64,000 bases of DNA. Origin: Podarcis erhardii (taxonomy: Eukaryota). A program made the position numbers and the translations under genes. The notes beneath the pieces are model-generated. The model worked only from the letters and a program-made list of their open reading frames with translations. It did not search any database and was not told where the DNA came from. Shown in pieces: positions 51,100 to 62,425 of the stretch. Numbering within the stretch: position 1 is the stretch's first letter; each line of letters begins with the position of its first letter. Location of the stretch: NCBI GenBank assembly GCA_964252035.1, contig OZ176207.1; one strand, 5' to 3'.

Positions 51100-51270
51100 G
51101 ATGGAGCTGAGTCACAGAGCATGCAATTTGTTTGCATGAGGTCCCAGCTTCAATTCCTGGCATCATCTCCAGGTACGGCTGGGAAGGACTCCTCTGAAAT
51201 CCTGGAGAACTGCTGCACCTCAGGGCAGACAATGGACTGACCTGGTATACAGCTGCTTCCTATGTTCCTA
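51100..51270 (+). mobile_element. Squam3-type SINE, diverged
   Basis: gcatgaggtcccagcttcaattcctggcatc..tccaggtacggctggg..agctgcttcctatgttccta. Confidence 0.7.
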
Positions 51271-51292
51271 ACTATGATTGTGACCCACCAAG

Positions 51293-52080
51293 ACTTCCAT
51301 AAACCCCCTGGTATTGCTGTCTACAACTAATCCAGAATGCGGCAGCTAGACTGGTGACTGGGAGTGGCCGCTGAGACCATATAACACCAGTCCTGAAAGA
51401 CTTACACTGGCTCCCAGTATATTTCTGAGCACAATTCAAAGTGAAGAAGAAGAAGAAGAAGAAGAGTTTGGATTTGATATCCCGCCTTTCACTCCCCTTC
51501 AGGAGTCTCAAAGCGGCTAACATTCTCCTTTCCCTTCCTCCCCCACAACAAACACTCTGTGGGGTGAGTGGGGCTGAGAGACTTCAGAGAAGTGTGACTG
51601 GCCCAAGGTCACCCAGCAGCTGCATGTGGAGGAGCGGAGATGCGAACCCGGTTCCCCAGATTACGTGTCTACCGCTCTTAACCACTACACCACTGGTGCT
51701 GACCTTTAAAGCCCTAAACAGCCTCAGCCCAGTATACCTGAAGAAGTGTCTCCACCCCCATCATTCTGCCCGGAAACTGAAGTCCAGCTCCAAGGACCTT
51801 CTGGCGGTTCCCTCACTGCGAGATGTGAGGTTACAGGGAACCAGGCAGGGGGCCTTCTCGGTGGTGGTGCCCGCTCTGTGGAATGCCCTCCCACCAGATG
51901 TCAAGGAAATAAACAAACTATCTGACTTTTAGAAGTCAGCCCTGTTTAGGGAAGTTTTTAATGTTTGATGTTAAATTCTGTTTTTAATCTGTTGGGAGCT
52001 GCCCAGAGTGGCTGGGGAAACCCAGCCAGATGGACGGGGCATAAATAATAAATTATATCATCATCATCATTACTACTACT
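51293..52080 (+). mobile_element. L2 LINE 3' end, split by a SINE insertion
   Basis: cagaatgcggcagctagactggtgac..cactggctccc..caattcaaagtg / gtgctgacctttaaagccct..tggaatgccctccc..tail with (ATC)/(ACT) repeats. Confidence 0.85.
51443..51695 (-). mobile_element. MIR/CORE-type tRNA-headed SINE with (TTC)n tail nested in L2
   Basis: Reverse complement begins CAGTGGTGTAGTGGTTAAGAGCGG..GGGTTCGCATCTCC..GGGTGACCTTGGGCCAGTCAC; ends in (GAA)7 on the + strand. Confidence 0.85.
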
Positions 52081-53298
52081 ATTGGACTACAGAAACAGCA
52101 GGGCTGCCAAGCTGCAGAACGTGGCTGGTGGGCAATGTTCATCTTGGAGGGTCCCAAGGTTGTGTAATACTGCTGTAGTTCAAGGCCAGATATCAGGCCC
52201 TGCAGAGCAGTTAAGAAACAGTGATATGACTCATGGTGGCAGGGGAGATCTAACCTCCCCACACATGGAGCTGACAATTTGGGAGGGGGATCCCTCCTGG
52301 CTGAATGCTGAGACGGACCTGCTCTGTTTAAGGCTTATAAACTGAATTGCTGGCCCAGACATGCCAATGACATTATAATAGGATGGGGATGGTTGATAAA
52401 TTTCAGGAATGCTCCAGACTGTGAAAGGATTTGGATACACTTGGGAAATAGGCCAGTGTGCTGGAATTCGCGATTACACAATGGAAGGGTTATGTATTAA
52501 AAGAAAACCGATAGCACGTTTAAATGGAAAGTTAATGAAACCTATAGACTGATGAGGGAATAAGAGTGAGCAATGATAAAAATAGTGAAGGGGTAACTGT
52601 GATAGAATAAGGAGCTATACAGTGATATGCACTGGTATAAACAAAGGAGCTACTTCTCAAGCAGGGAGAAGGCTGAGGTCATGTGGAATCTATGCTAAGC
52701 TATCGTTCAAAATAAGAGCAAATTGGAAGAGAGAGAAATCTTTCACAGAGCAATGAGTCTAGCTGAAAGATTGGCAATATTTCCTGAGGTATTTTTCTGT
52801 GGATTACTAACCCTGGCCATTAAAATAATGAGAGTACCTTTTGGGGGACGATGACAACGAAAAGATATATTTTAAGATTAAAGATAAATATTTTAAGATT
52901 AAACATAAATGTTGAGTTATTGTTATTTACGCTGCTTCTGGCACTTGCAGGTTGCTAGGCCTTGTTTATCAAGGTTGTCTCTGCAATTATGAGAACTATG
53001 GGGGCATTACTGGGTCTCTACAAAACTGGACCTTTAAATGGAAGGATCCAGCTGATTTGAGATCCTGCTCTTGGGCTAGTTGAGAAAATGATAGAAACAT
53101 TGGTTGAGTAACCATGGGGAAGTGCTATTCCAGGTGGGAGATTCTTTAGCTACCCAGAGAGGAAGTTCTTGAAAGAAGAGACACTGCTGCCTAGCCTGGG
53201 GCATTTTGTCCTGAAATTTTTAATGTCCTTGTTGCTCAGATGCAGATGCAGAAACTTCTAGTCTGTCTGGCATTACCCAGCATAGGAACCTCTAGCTT

Positions 53299-53434
53299 AG
53301 AGATGGAGAAACTTTGGCCTGCCAGGTGTTGTTGGACTACAACTCCCATCAGCCTTGACCACTGGCCATGCTGGATGGGGCTGATTGGAGTTGTAGTCCA
53401 GCAGCATCTGGAGGGCCACTAGAGGAACATCCCT
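53299..53434. mobile_element. Short hAT-like MITE (ggactacaactcccatc family)
   Basis: Internal inverted pair ggactacaactcc / ggagttgtagtcc. Confidence 0.65.
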
Positions 53435-53470
53435 AGTCTACTCTTCAAGTCACTGGGTCCTGCCAAGTGT

Positions 53471-53645
53471 GACTGAGTACACACCATATATTTAAAGCAC
53501 ATTTGAAGCACACACATTGCACCCAAAGAATCCTGGGAACTGTGGTTTGTTAAGAGTGCTGCAACTGTAGCTCTCTGGGGGGTAAATTACAGTTCCTCAA
53601 AATATTTGGCAGAGGGTAAAATAAATGTTTGGTGTGTACACAGCC
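53471..53645. mobile_element. PIF/Harbinger-like MITE (175 bp)
   Basis: TIRs GACTGAGTACACACCA and TGGTGTGTACACAGCC (14/16); 3-bp flanks tgt / tgt. Confidence 0.65.
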
Positions 53646-54443
53646 TGTGTTTGTATCCCATATATCAGTACACCCCTCAGAGAGCTACAGTTCCAGCACT
53701 CTTAACAAACTACTTGTCTGACCTAACCATCCTTAGTCCCCGAGGTTTAGGCCCCCATTTGCCATCTCCTTAAATTTAATATAAAGCCCTTAGGGGAAGA
53801 TAACATCCGTTTCTTGAATATACTCTCAGCCAGATTAGTGATACTGTGCTAAGATTGGACAATGCTGCACCTCTATCCAACACCCTTTTCTCACTCTTAG
53901 GAAGGTTGAATGCCTCTTGTGCTTGGCCATAAAGTAAAGGTAACCAATAGGCTTGTAGAAACCAAGGAGAATCATACAGAAATATTAGATCGGGAGGAAA
54001 ACTGGTGGTGGTGGAGTGGGGGGGGGTGGAGTTGGCACTTAATATGCTAATAAAAGTCCCAAAGCCAAAATAGATGAATTAGTTAGATGGCCTGGAACAT
54101 AAACATACACCCACTCACCCTCCCAAAAAAGAGGGTGTACAGTACAGTTTTGTACAGTACTGTATTGACTGTACTGTATTATTATGACAGCAGACACATC
54201 AGAAATGTGGCGAAACAGGGCAAATCAGCAGCACTTCTCAAACTATCTGATTTGGACCAGCAATTCCCCCTGCCCCAATGTGCCAGGGACTAGTACCGTA
54301 TTTGGCTCCTGAAGCATCCCACCCAACCTGGACTGTGGTGAAGTTGTCATGGACCTGCGACTGATGGCTTGCAGACCAGCAGTAGCCCATGGAACACCAC
54401 TATGAGTAGCACTGCTCCAAAAGTCAGAGTAGGTCATACCACA

Positions 54444-54795
54444 AGTAAAGGTAAAGGGACCCCTGACCATTAAGTCCAGTCGCAGACGACTCTGGTGTTG
54501 CGGTGCTCATCTCACTTTATTGGCCGAGGGAACCGGTGTACAGCTTTCGGGTCATGCAGCCAGCATGACTAAGCTGCTTCTGGCGAACCAGAGCAGCACA
54601 CGGAAATGCCATTTACCTTCCTGCCAGAGCGGTACCTATTTATCTACTTGACTTTGATGTGCTTTTGAACTGCTAGGTTGGCAGGAGCAGGGACCGAGCG
54701 ATGGGAGCTCACCCTGTCGCGGGGATTCAAACCGCTGACCTTCTGATTGGCAAGCCCTAGGCTCCGTGATTTAACCCACAGCGCCACCCGCATCC
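54444..54795 (-). mobile_element. Full-length Sauria SINE
   Basis: Reverse copy; 10-bp TSD tcataccaca / tcacaccaca. Confidence 0.93.
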
Positions 54796-55594
54796 TCACA
54801 CCACATGTGGTGTTGCTCTATATACTGAATAAAGCATAGAGGGCAATTATTATTTTTTGGAATCAAGAGAATCGCCCCAGACAGAATTTTCTGGGTAAAA
54901 ATGCATTATTATCTAATAGGGACATATCTGCTCTCAGTCAAAACTGTAATGTCTTTCTGTTTGATGCCAGAAGTAATCGGGATAAATCAGAAAGCTCATC
55001 ACTGAGTTGGGTCCAAACTTGCCATTCAGCAAAGGGAAAAGACTCCTCCTTCTACTTGCAGAAGGGGCTGAATCCAGCACCCTCTTCCCTCCGCAATGAC
55101 AGTTCTGTTTCCACACTATTTCCTCCAAGCCTCCAGGTTTTCAGGAGGCATGAAGGAAAGATCACACCCTCCCCTGCCCCGGGAGGGAATCTCTGCTCAC
55201 AGCATCTCTGGAACCTACCCAATACCAATGGTCTGATTTAAGGAAATATAAATGATTTGAGGGAATATAAATATATATGGGGGCTGCATATTCGCTCAGA
55301 AGAAAGTCTTACAGGTAAGTGCACACACAATTGCACTGTTAAGTCATGACAGAAGCAATTATTGATTTAATTCTAAACAGTGCTCACGATCTAGTACAAG
55401 ATGTAAATAGTTTGAATGGTTTGGAAGCCATGATCACAAAGCTATAAAACTAAACTTATAAGTGACTAGGACACAGCCAACCTGAATTTGAAAATGCAAT
55501 TCCCACCCCACCCCGAAATAAGAGGATTATATAAAAAGAAGGGGGGAACGGCTCAGTTAAGAGTGTCAAATCCCTTCAGGAAGCTTGGAGAGTA

Positions 55595-55812
55595 CAGTGG
55601 TACCTCGGGTTAAGTACTTAATTGGTTCCGGAGGTCTGTTCTTAACCTTAAACTGTTCTTAACCTGAAGTACCACTTTAGCTAATGGGGCCTCCCACTGC
55701 CGCCAGAGCACGATTTCTGTTCTCATCCTGAAGCAAAGTTCTTAACCCAAGGTACTATTTCTGGGTTAGTGGAGTCTGTAACCTGAAGCGTATGTAAACC
55801 AAAGTCCCACTG
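55595..55812. mobile_element. Tc1/mariner (Tigger-type) MITE (218 bp)
   Basis: TA|CAGTGGTACCTCGGGTTAAG ... GTAAACCAAAGTCCCACTG|TA. Confidence 0.85.
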
Positions 55813-57403
55813 TATTTAAAACCACGAGTTAAGACTCTGATAAATTGTGCACCTCATTCTTATATCACCTGAAAAAGGTGCAAGCTACCGTAATGCAAAA
55901 GAATATCTGCACGGTTAAACAACAAGGTTTTAAAGGGACCCCAAAAAGCATAAATCTTACCCAAATGGTGGAAAACAGGGAGGAAGCATATTTATACACC
56001 ATCAGAAGCACCAGATGGACAAAAGTTTAAAATAAATTTTGAACTTTTGGTGAAAATGTGTGCAAGTCATACTGCATTTAATAAAGTAGAGTGGAAAGCA
56101 GTTAATTCACTCCTATCCATAAAACGACACTGTTGGCTACTTTGTTCTCTCAACATACGCACTGCAATAACCTCCAGAATACTGGTACATTCTACTTCAA
56201 GCACCAAATTGGCAGGAGCTTGCTCTCCTGAATCACACATCTATGTCCTTCATTCAAAACTCTCCCCAGAATAGGCATCTCATGTCAACTTCAATAAGGT
56301 ATTAATTTATTATATTATATTTATATTGTTATGTTATTATTTTTCTTTATATGCTGCTTCCCTCACATAATTATAATACTAAGCACTTACTTCATGTTTA
56401 AAGTTCAAAGTTCTTCATATAAACGATCTCTTTAATCTTCACAGCAACCCTGTGTAGTAAAACCATCATTTACATTTCTATTATATGCATTATTCCTTTT
56501 AGCATCCCTGGACTTGTTAAAAGAGGAAGGGGAATCGTAATAATGTGATTTCTGTATAGTGATTACGACATGATGATGACATTATTATTGTTGTTATTAC
56601 CGTATTGTAGATTGGGAGACTACTGGGTTGAAGGACTCTAGGTTTTTTTGCACGTCTAGTGTGTGCTGTGGAAATAATTGCATCTGGAACTTCCTGGTGC
56701 CTAGTCTGTACACTGTACTTTTAGGTGATGCCAGGCCTTTTGCACACATGAGGATGAGTTCCCTTTTCGCCCCTTTGAATTCTACTGATTTTCCAGGGTT
56801 TTCGTGAAGCACGGGGAGGTGCTTTTGGGGAAAGCCACTGGGCACACAGAACCAAGTTCTCCACTTCCTTAGATGTGGGCCACAATACTGCCAACTCCTG
56901 ACCTGCATTAAGCTGTGGTCACTGTGTGACCTAGCGCAGCTCTCCCCACAGCAAGGCAGTGATGAGAGACATATATGCCATATATTTCCCTGCTGTGCTT
57001 AAAGGAGGCACACACCTCCTCCCACTGACTTGCAGGGCCCGGTCCTGTTGCATGCTTCTCTGCACTCCATCCGGATGAAGGGTGGCGAAGAAATGTTTTA
57101 AATAAATAGGAAGGTAAAGGAGGGGTCCTCGATGAATGCAGAGCATTCTTCCCACTCCAGCATCAGGGCTCCGCTGTCCCAACGCAGAGAGGTCACCGAA
57201 AGTGCACCTGACACTCTTTTGAGGGTTGCCTTTGGCCTGAAGGGAGGTGGAAAACAGCCGTGGGGCCTGTGTCCTGGAAACGCCAAATTAAATTGAAGTC
57301 AGTTGTATCCAAAACAATGATGTGTGGGATTCCTCGAGCTGATTCAGGCAGGTTATTTATTTCTTAACTGCTACATGCCTTCTGGTGCAAAACTTGGAAC
57401 AGG

Positions 57404-57404
<1 letters not shown>

Positions 57405-57440
<36 letters not shown>
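57405..57440. repeat. (CT)18 microsatellite
   Basis: 18 perfect units. Confidence 0.95.
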
Positions 57441-57444
<4 letters not shown>

Positions 57445-59259
57445 TGTTCTTTCAGGGCACCTCTCCGCCAGAAGTTAGCTGGCATCTGGAAGGGGCGTAG
57501 GGGTGAAATTGCTACAGTCCAGCCACTGAAACAACAGGCCCGACTAAAAATAGGCTTGTTTTTCGGTACTAAAAGCTCTCTTGTAACTTTGTTAGTCATC
57601 ACCAATCCCTAAAATAAAGTCAGGTTCGCAGCCTCTCCTGGTAGCGCTTGTAAACAAACTTCAGGAGAAGGGAGGCGACGGGAGCGAGAGGGAGAGAAAT
57701 GGCGGGGCGAGGGAGAGAGCAGCAGAAGGCGGGAGGAGACAGCTTCCCTCAGCTTGGTGGCGGGAACGGCGGCGGCGTGGGGAGCCAGCGCTGGGGGCCG
57801 CCTGGGCCCAGCGAGCAAGCGGGAACATCTGGCGGTGGGGCCAGCTGCGCGCCGCAGCCCAGGCGGCCAAGGTTAGCTGGCTGCAGTTGCCGCTGCTGCT
57901 CCCGCCGCCCGCCCGCCCGCCGCCCTCCTCCTCCCTCGAAAACTCCCTCGGACTTGGAGCCGAGCCACGGTGGTCCAGGCAACGGCATTAAACAGGAGGC
58001 AACAGACTGGGGATTCCGTCATTTCAGCGCCGGAGAAGCGGGAGGGAGGGAGAGCGAGCGAGCGAGCGAGCGAGAGCTCACTGGAAGCAGACAGGAAAGG
58101 AGGAGGCAGGCAGGGCGAGAGCAGCTTTCGTCCTCACTCAGCAGCCTGTCGGAGCTCGAGAGGGGAGCCTCCACACTCCCGCGCTCGAGAGCGTGCGCAC
58201 ACACAAAATTCCCGCCCGCGCGCCAGCCCTTGCCTCAGAGCCAGCGCGGGGGCTGGGGGGGGCGGGTGGCCCTCGAGGAAGAGGGAAGGAGGCGGAGAGA
58301 GGACTTGGGTGGCTTCTGACGGGACGCTCCCGCGCGGGGGGGGGGGGGGGGGCTGGCGGGCCGGCGTTGGCGAGGGCTGCTGTGGGGAAGACGGCTTCCT
58401 TGCGCACGTGTGTGTGTTGTGGGGGCGTGGAGGAAACCTAGGGAGCTGCCTTCCATCGAATCACAGCTTTAGCCCCTCTTTTGGGGGGACTCGCAGCGGC
58501 TCTCCGCGGTGTCAGATTGGCGGCGTGTACAGGATGTGTGTGTTGCTCCTCTCACAGCCCTACCTGGAGACGACGGGGGTGGGAGCCGTGCTTCTTGCGT
58601 GTCAGCCAGGCATGTGCTGCTGTGCTAGTGAACAACGGCCCCTCCCGCAAGGGATGGTTCCCCGCTCCCCAAAACGCATCCCTGTTTCCATTCAAAGTGA
58701 CGACTAGAGCAGCAGGAGGCGTCCAGCACCCAGGCGGTGCGGGCACCGGATTGATGAAGAACAGCACGCGCGCTCAACTTTCCCTCAACGCATACTCTTC
58801 TCTGGGATAAATTCCCACCCCGTCGCGTGTGCGCGCGCGCGCGAACGTGGAAGCACCGCTCGGGGGTATTAGACCCGTGATGGCCCCTTCGCACGTGCAA
58901 GTCATCGCTTGGTGTTCCGGTCGAATGCTCTCCTGCTGGAAACATTGATACCATGTGTGGGTGCTTTTTCTGGTCAGCTGTGGGCAGAAAAACAGAGAAA
59001 TAAACTCCACAAGCTCCCCCCACCAACTTCTACCAAATATAGACACCCCCATAGTCTTAAACAATTCATTAACTCCTCTGCCCCACATGTATTTCCAGCT
59101 CGGTTTTTTAAAAGTACGATTCATTGGGGGGGGGCACACCTCGGTAGGCTGTAGATGTCTTTCCACGCCTACACACGATGCCATAAAAATGTGGTATGCC
59201 CAGGGGCGATCTACTATAAAAAGAATGAAGCTTAAACTACAGGGCCCCTAATCCTCAAA

Positions 59260-59304
<45 letters not shown>
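59260..59304. repeat. (ATT)15 microsatellite
   Basis: 15 perfect units. Confidence 0.95.
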
Positions 59305-60590
59305 TTGTTATTGTATATATTTCAACAATCCCAAAGTCTGAGAGTCAGTAGCGCAGATGTTGTAAATCTGTGGTGATCTGTCATGGAACAACCCCACTGA
59401 AGAAGACCACGGTGGTTACCCAGACCTCATTGCTGGCTGCGAAGGGCCCCCCAGCAAGCTTCAGGACCCCCCAAAATGTAGGTCCTCCACTGGGTATATC
59501 CAGGTCCGCTGGGCAAAGACTAGGGTGCCAGCTCTTGCTTCTGCGGTGGTAGCGAATACCCGGGCAAGTGCTGCGCTTCTGTAGGCGCACGTGTCGCTGC
59601 AGTGGTCTGTGTCAAGAGGAGATGGACGTTTCCTGTTTCGCCTCTGTCTATTTGAAGTCCAGCACATCCCGCTGTGCTCGGAACATCCGCACGTCTATTT
59701 GGAGATGTGTGAGCGTGCGTGCCTGTGTACCAGAGCGCGTCTGGTTGCGGGTCCGCAGGCGCTAAGTGTCAACAAACCTCATTTTTCTGTCTCTCTCCCC
59801 TCCCCCCCCCTTGTCCCTTCAACTCCAGCTCTAGAAATATCCCCCTACGATTTTAATGGCCAAGAGGGGTGGAATAAACGCGAGATCAGATACAGGCAGG
59901 TTGAGCGAACTGAAGAACCCTAACCCTTCGCCCACCAGGCACGTCCTGTTTCCTCTATATCTGGAGAAATAGCGCCGGCGGTTTCACTATGAAGGGGAAC
60001 TCCCCAAACCCCGAAAACGAGTGGAAACTAAAACTCAAGAGATGGCCATTGCGCTCGGTTGCTAGAGCCCATGCCTTGCGGCCAAAGGTCCTCTGCGCTC
60101 CAGGGAGAACCCCCGCCAGAAATTCTGGAGAGTCACCACTGCCAATCAATGTGAGCGACCCTGGACTGGATGGATCAGTGTTTGGACTCACTAAAAGGAG
60201 GCTTCGTGTGTTTCTCCCACCAACACCCCTCCTTGGTTTTTCATTTGTCCCCCAATTCCCTCCTACCCAACAAAGGGCGGGGGTTACCCTTCGTGCATCT
60301 GCGGACGCCATTCCCAGTTCAAGACCGGGAAGCGCCAAGCAGCCACAACAGTGGCAAAAGGGGAGCAGAAAAGCTAGGAAACGTCCCTATTGTATCGGCT
60401 CGGATTCTGTCCAGTATGTAGCAGCAGATGATACCGCTCCTATGTAGACCGGCTGATGTAGCCACATATTGGGCACACATCACTTGGGTGTTAAAGGATT
60501 TGTACCTGCAGCCCACTCAAGAATTTGGGGTGGAGCTGCAAAATCAGGGGGAGAAGGGCCCGTTGCAACGCTTCCGGATAGGAAGAGAGG

Positions 60591-60714
60591 TCATAGAATC
60601 ATAGAAACGTAGAGTTGGAAGGGACCTCGAGGGTCATCTAGTCCAACTCCCTGCAAAACAGGGCTCTTTTGCCCAGCGTGGGTCTCGAACTCACGACCCT
60701 GAGGAAGTCTAACC
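60591..60714 (-). mobile_element. 5'-truncated tRNA(Lys)-headed SINE with CR1-type tail
   Basis: Reverse complement: ctcagggtcgtgagttcgagacccacgctgggca (3' half of tRNA-Lys), then ..gttggactagatgaccctcgagggtcccttccaactctacgtttctatgattctatga. Confidence 0.8.
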
Positions 60715-61688
60715 TCTACCAATCTTACTGAGCGCTCCTAACCTGAGAACCGTGGCTTATTGACTCGGGATCAACCCTACTGATTTCTGTGAAGGGTTTG
60801 TCAGCTTCCCACTCTCAGAGTCTCAAAAAGCGCGTCGCGACGAGCCTCTTCCCTCCCAACCCATCCACAGGCCGAGCAAGCCTGCCTCGGCGCGCCCTCC
60901 CCGCGCGCACGTGCTCGCCTTCCGAACTCAACTCTGCAAAGAACTCCTGCAGGAGCTAAAAAGCGGGGAGGGCCGTGCGGCGCCCCTTCTTTCGGAGATC
61001 TCTCTCGCTACACTAAAATTTCACTGACGTTGTGAAGCACTTAGGAGCCTCGAGCTCGTTTGGGGAGGAAACCGCCCCAGAAGTTACACTAAGCTCTGTC
61101 TGAGGTCCGTGCCAAATGTAGCACGTTTTCAGCAGTTCCCGAACACAAATAACCGGCTTCTACTTATTCACTGAGTCGGCAGAGCTTCCTTTCCCCCAGA
61201 CAAATGGAGTGTTGTGAAGTAGATTTACTGGGTGGTGGTTGTTATTTTTATTCATGCTCCCGAGATTTTAACCGCCCAGATCTTCTCTTTGTCAACTCCA
61301 GCGAGGAATTATACCCACCCTCCCGTTTTTAAATTTTGGCAAATCAAGAGCAGCAGTGATACTGCATAATGCAAAACGCTCGGCGGGAAAGGATTGAATT
61401 AACAGAAGGCTTGAACGATACCAAAGCTCCGCATACTGTTTGGGGCCTTCATAAAAAGTTATCGCAGCCTATACTTTCAAGTGCCACTGTGTATTTGTGT
61501 ATTTTTGTGTGCGTGTGTGTGTTTTGCTTTAAAGAGGGAGGAGCTGTAAACGCGCCACTTCACTCCTCCCGGGTTGATTTTGCCATTTCAAAACGGCGTT
61601 GCTGAAATATTTACGGAATAAGACCCATCTCAATAAATCTCAGTTATCGAAACTAACTCTTCGGAGTCTGTTAGTAATTTAGCAGAAT

Positions 61689-61768
61689 GGGATTTTCCTT
61701 CCTGATGCTTGCCAGTTGATGCTCTTTTCCAAATTTCCACAGCGGGGGAAGCCTGAGATTTTTCCCCC
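61689..61768. promoter_or_regulatory. NF-kB site plus tandem NFAT sites (distal P1 module)
   Basis: GGGATTTTCC (61689-61698); TTTTCCAAATTTCCA, i.e. two TGGAAA on the minus strand (61725-61739). Confidence 0.65.
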
Positions 61769-62105
61769 TTTCCTCAGCCTAATGATTTCAGCATGCGTGG
61801 TCCCACTCCGCTCCTCTCTCCAGCCCCTCTTCCTCCCACTTTTATTGATCTGCGGCTCACATTTCTCAGACACCAGGTCCCCCGCGCACCCAACTTCGGG
61901 GATAGATAGACTCGGTTAGGTGGGTGCTCTGGATTGCAGCCTCGACGGTGGCGAAGATCTGCCTGCTCAGCAGAATCCGCTGGAGGAGGAGCGGAGCTAG
62001 AGCGGGGTTCTCCTCTAGGAGTTGTCTTCTCCAGCTTGCAGCGCTCTTCTCCGCTGGCTTGGCTGGCTGACTCCTTCGCCAGGCAGCTGAGAGGAGCTCG
62101 CAGGA

Positions 62106-62216
62106 CCCGTGACATCACGGGGCTCTGGGCGGGGAGAGGGGCTGGGAGGGCGAAGGGGGGAGGGGGGGTGTTTTCCAGCTTTAAAAAGGCAGCAGTCACC
62201 GAGCAGCCGTGCGTCA
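62106..62216 (+). promoter_or_regulatory. NFATC1: NFATC1 P1 core promoter: CRE-like palindrome, GC boxes, NFAT site abutting a TATA-like box
   Basis: CCCGTGACATCACGGG (62106-62121); GGGCGGGG (62127-62134); TTTTCCAGCTTTAAAAAGGC (62171-62190); TGCGTCAGAG (62210); resembles the recalled mammalian P1 sequence. Confidence 0.8.
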
Positions 62217-62425
62217 GAGAGAGACTTAGAGACTCTGCAAACTTTCCTGATCAAAATAAACCCCGGCCCTGAATAAGACACCAGGAGAAGGGAGGGAGAG
62301 CGCGTGTGAGTAACTTCCTAAGCGCTCTCTCTCGCTCCTCTTTGGGGCAGGATCCCTTGCGCCTGCCCTTACCACCCCTCCTTCCCTTCCCTTCTCTCCC
62401 CACGTCCCACTCAACGCTCATTTCA

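Noticed and set aside
51441-51932. 163-aa ORF
   Set aside because: A chance fusion of an antisense SINE and L2 ORF2 3' sequence.
54135-54182. GTACA/TGTAC palindromic cluster
   Set aside because: Low complexity; probably slippage or leftover Tc1/mariner TA-CAGT termini, with no further structure.
58070-58090. Minus-strand splice donor for an antisense exon
   Set aside because: It reads CCA|GTGAGC, a modest site with no identifiable partner acceptor; not supportable without RNA data.
24451-59304. Repeat arrays as CRISPR-like or satellite systems
   Set aside because: All are 2-4 bp microsatellites without unique spacers, in a vertebrate genome.
60670-60714. tRNA-Lys gene
   Set aside because: Only the 3' half is present and it is fused to a retroposon tail.
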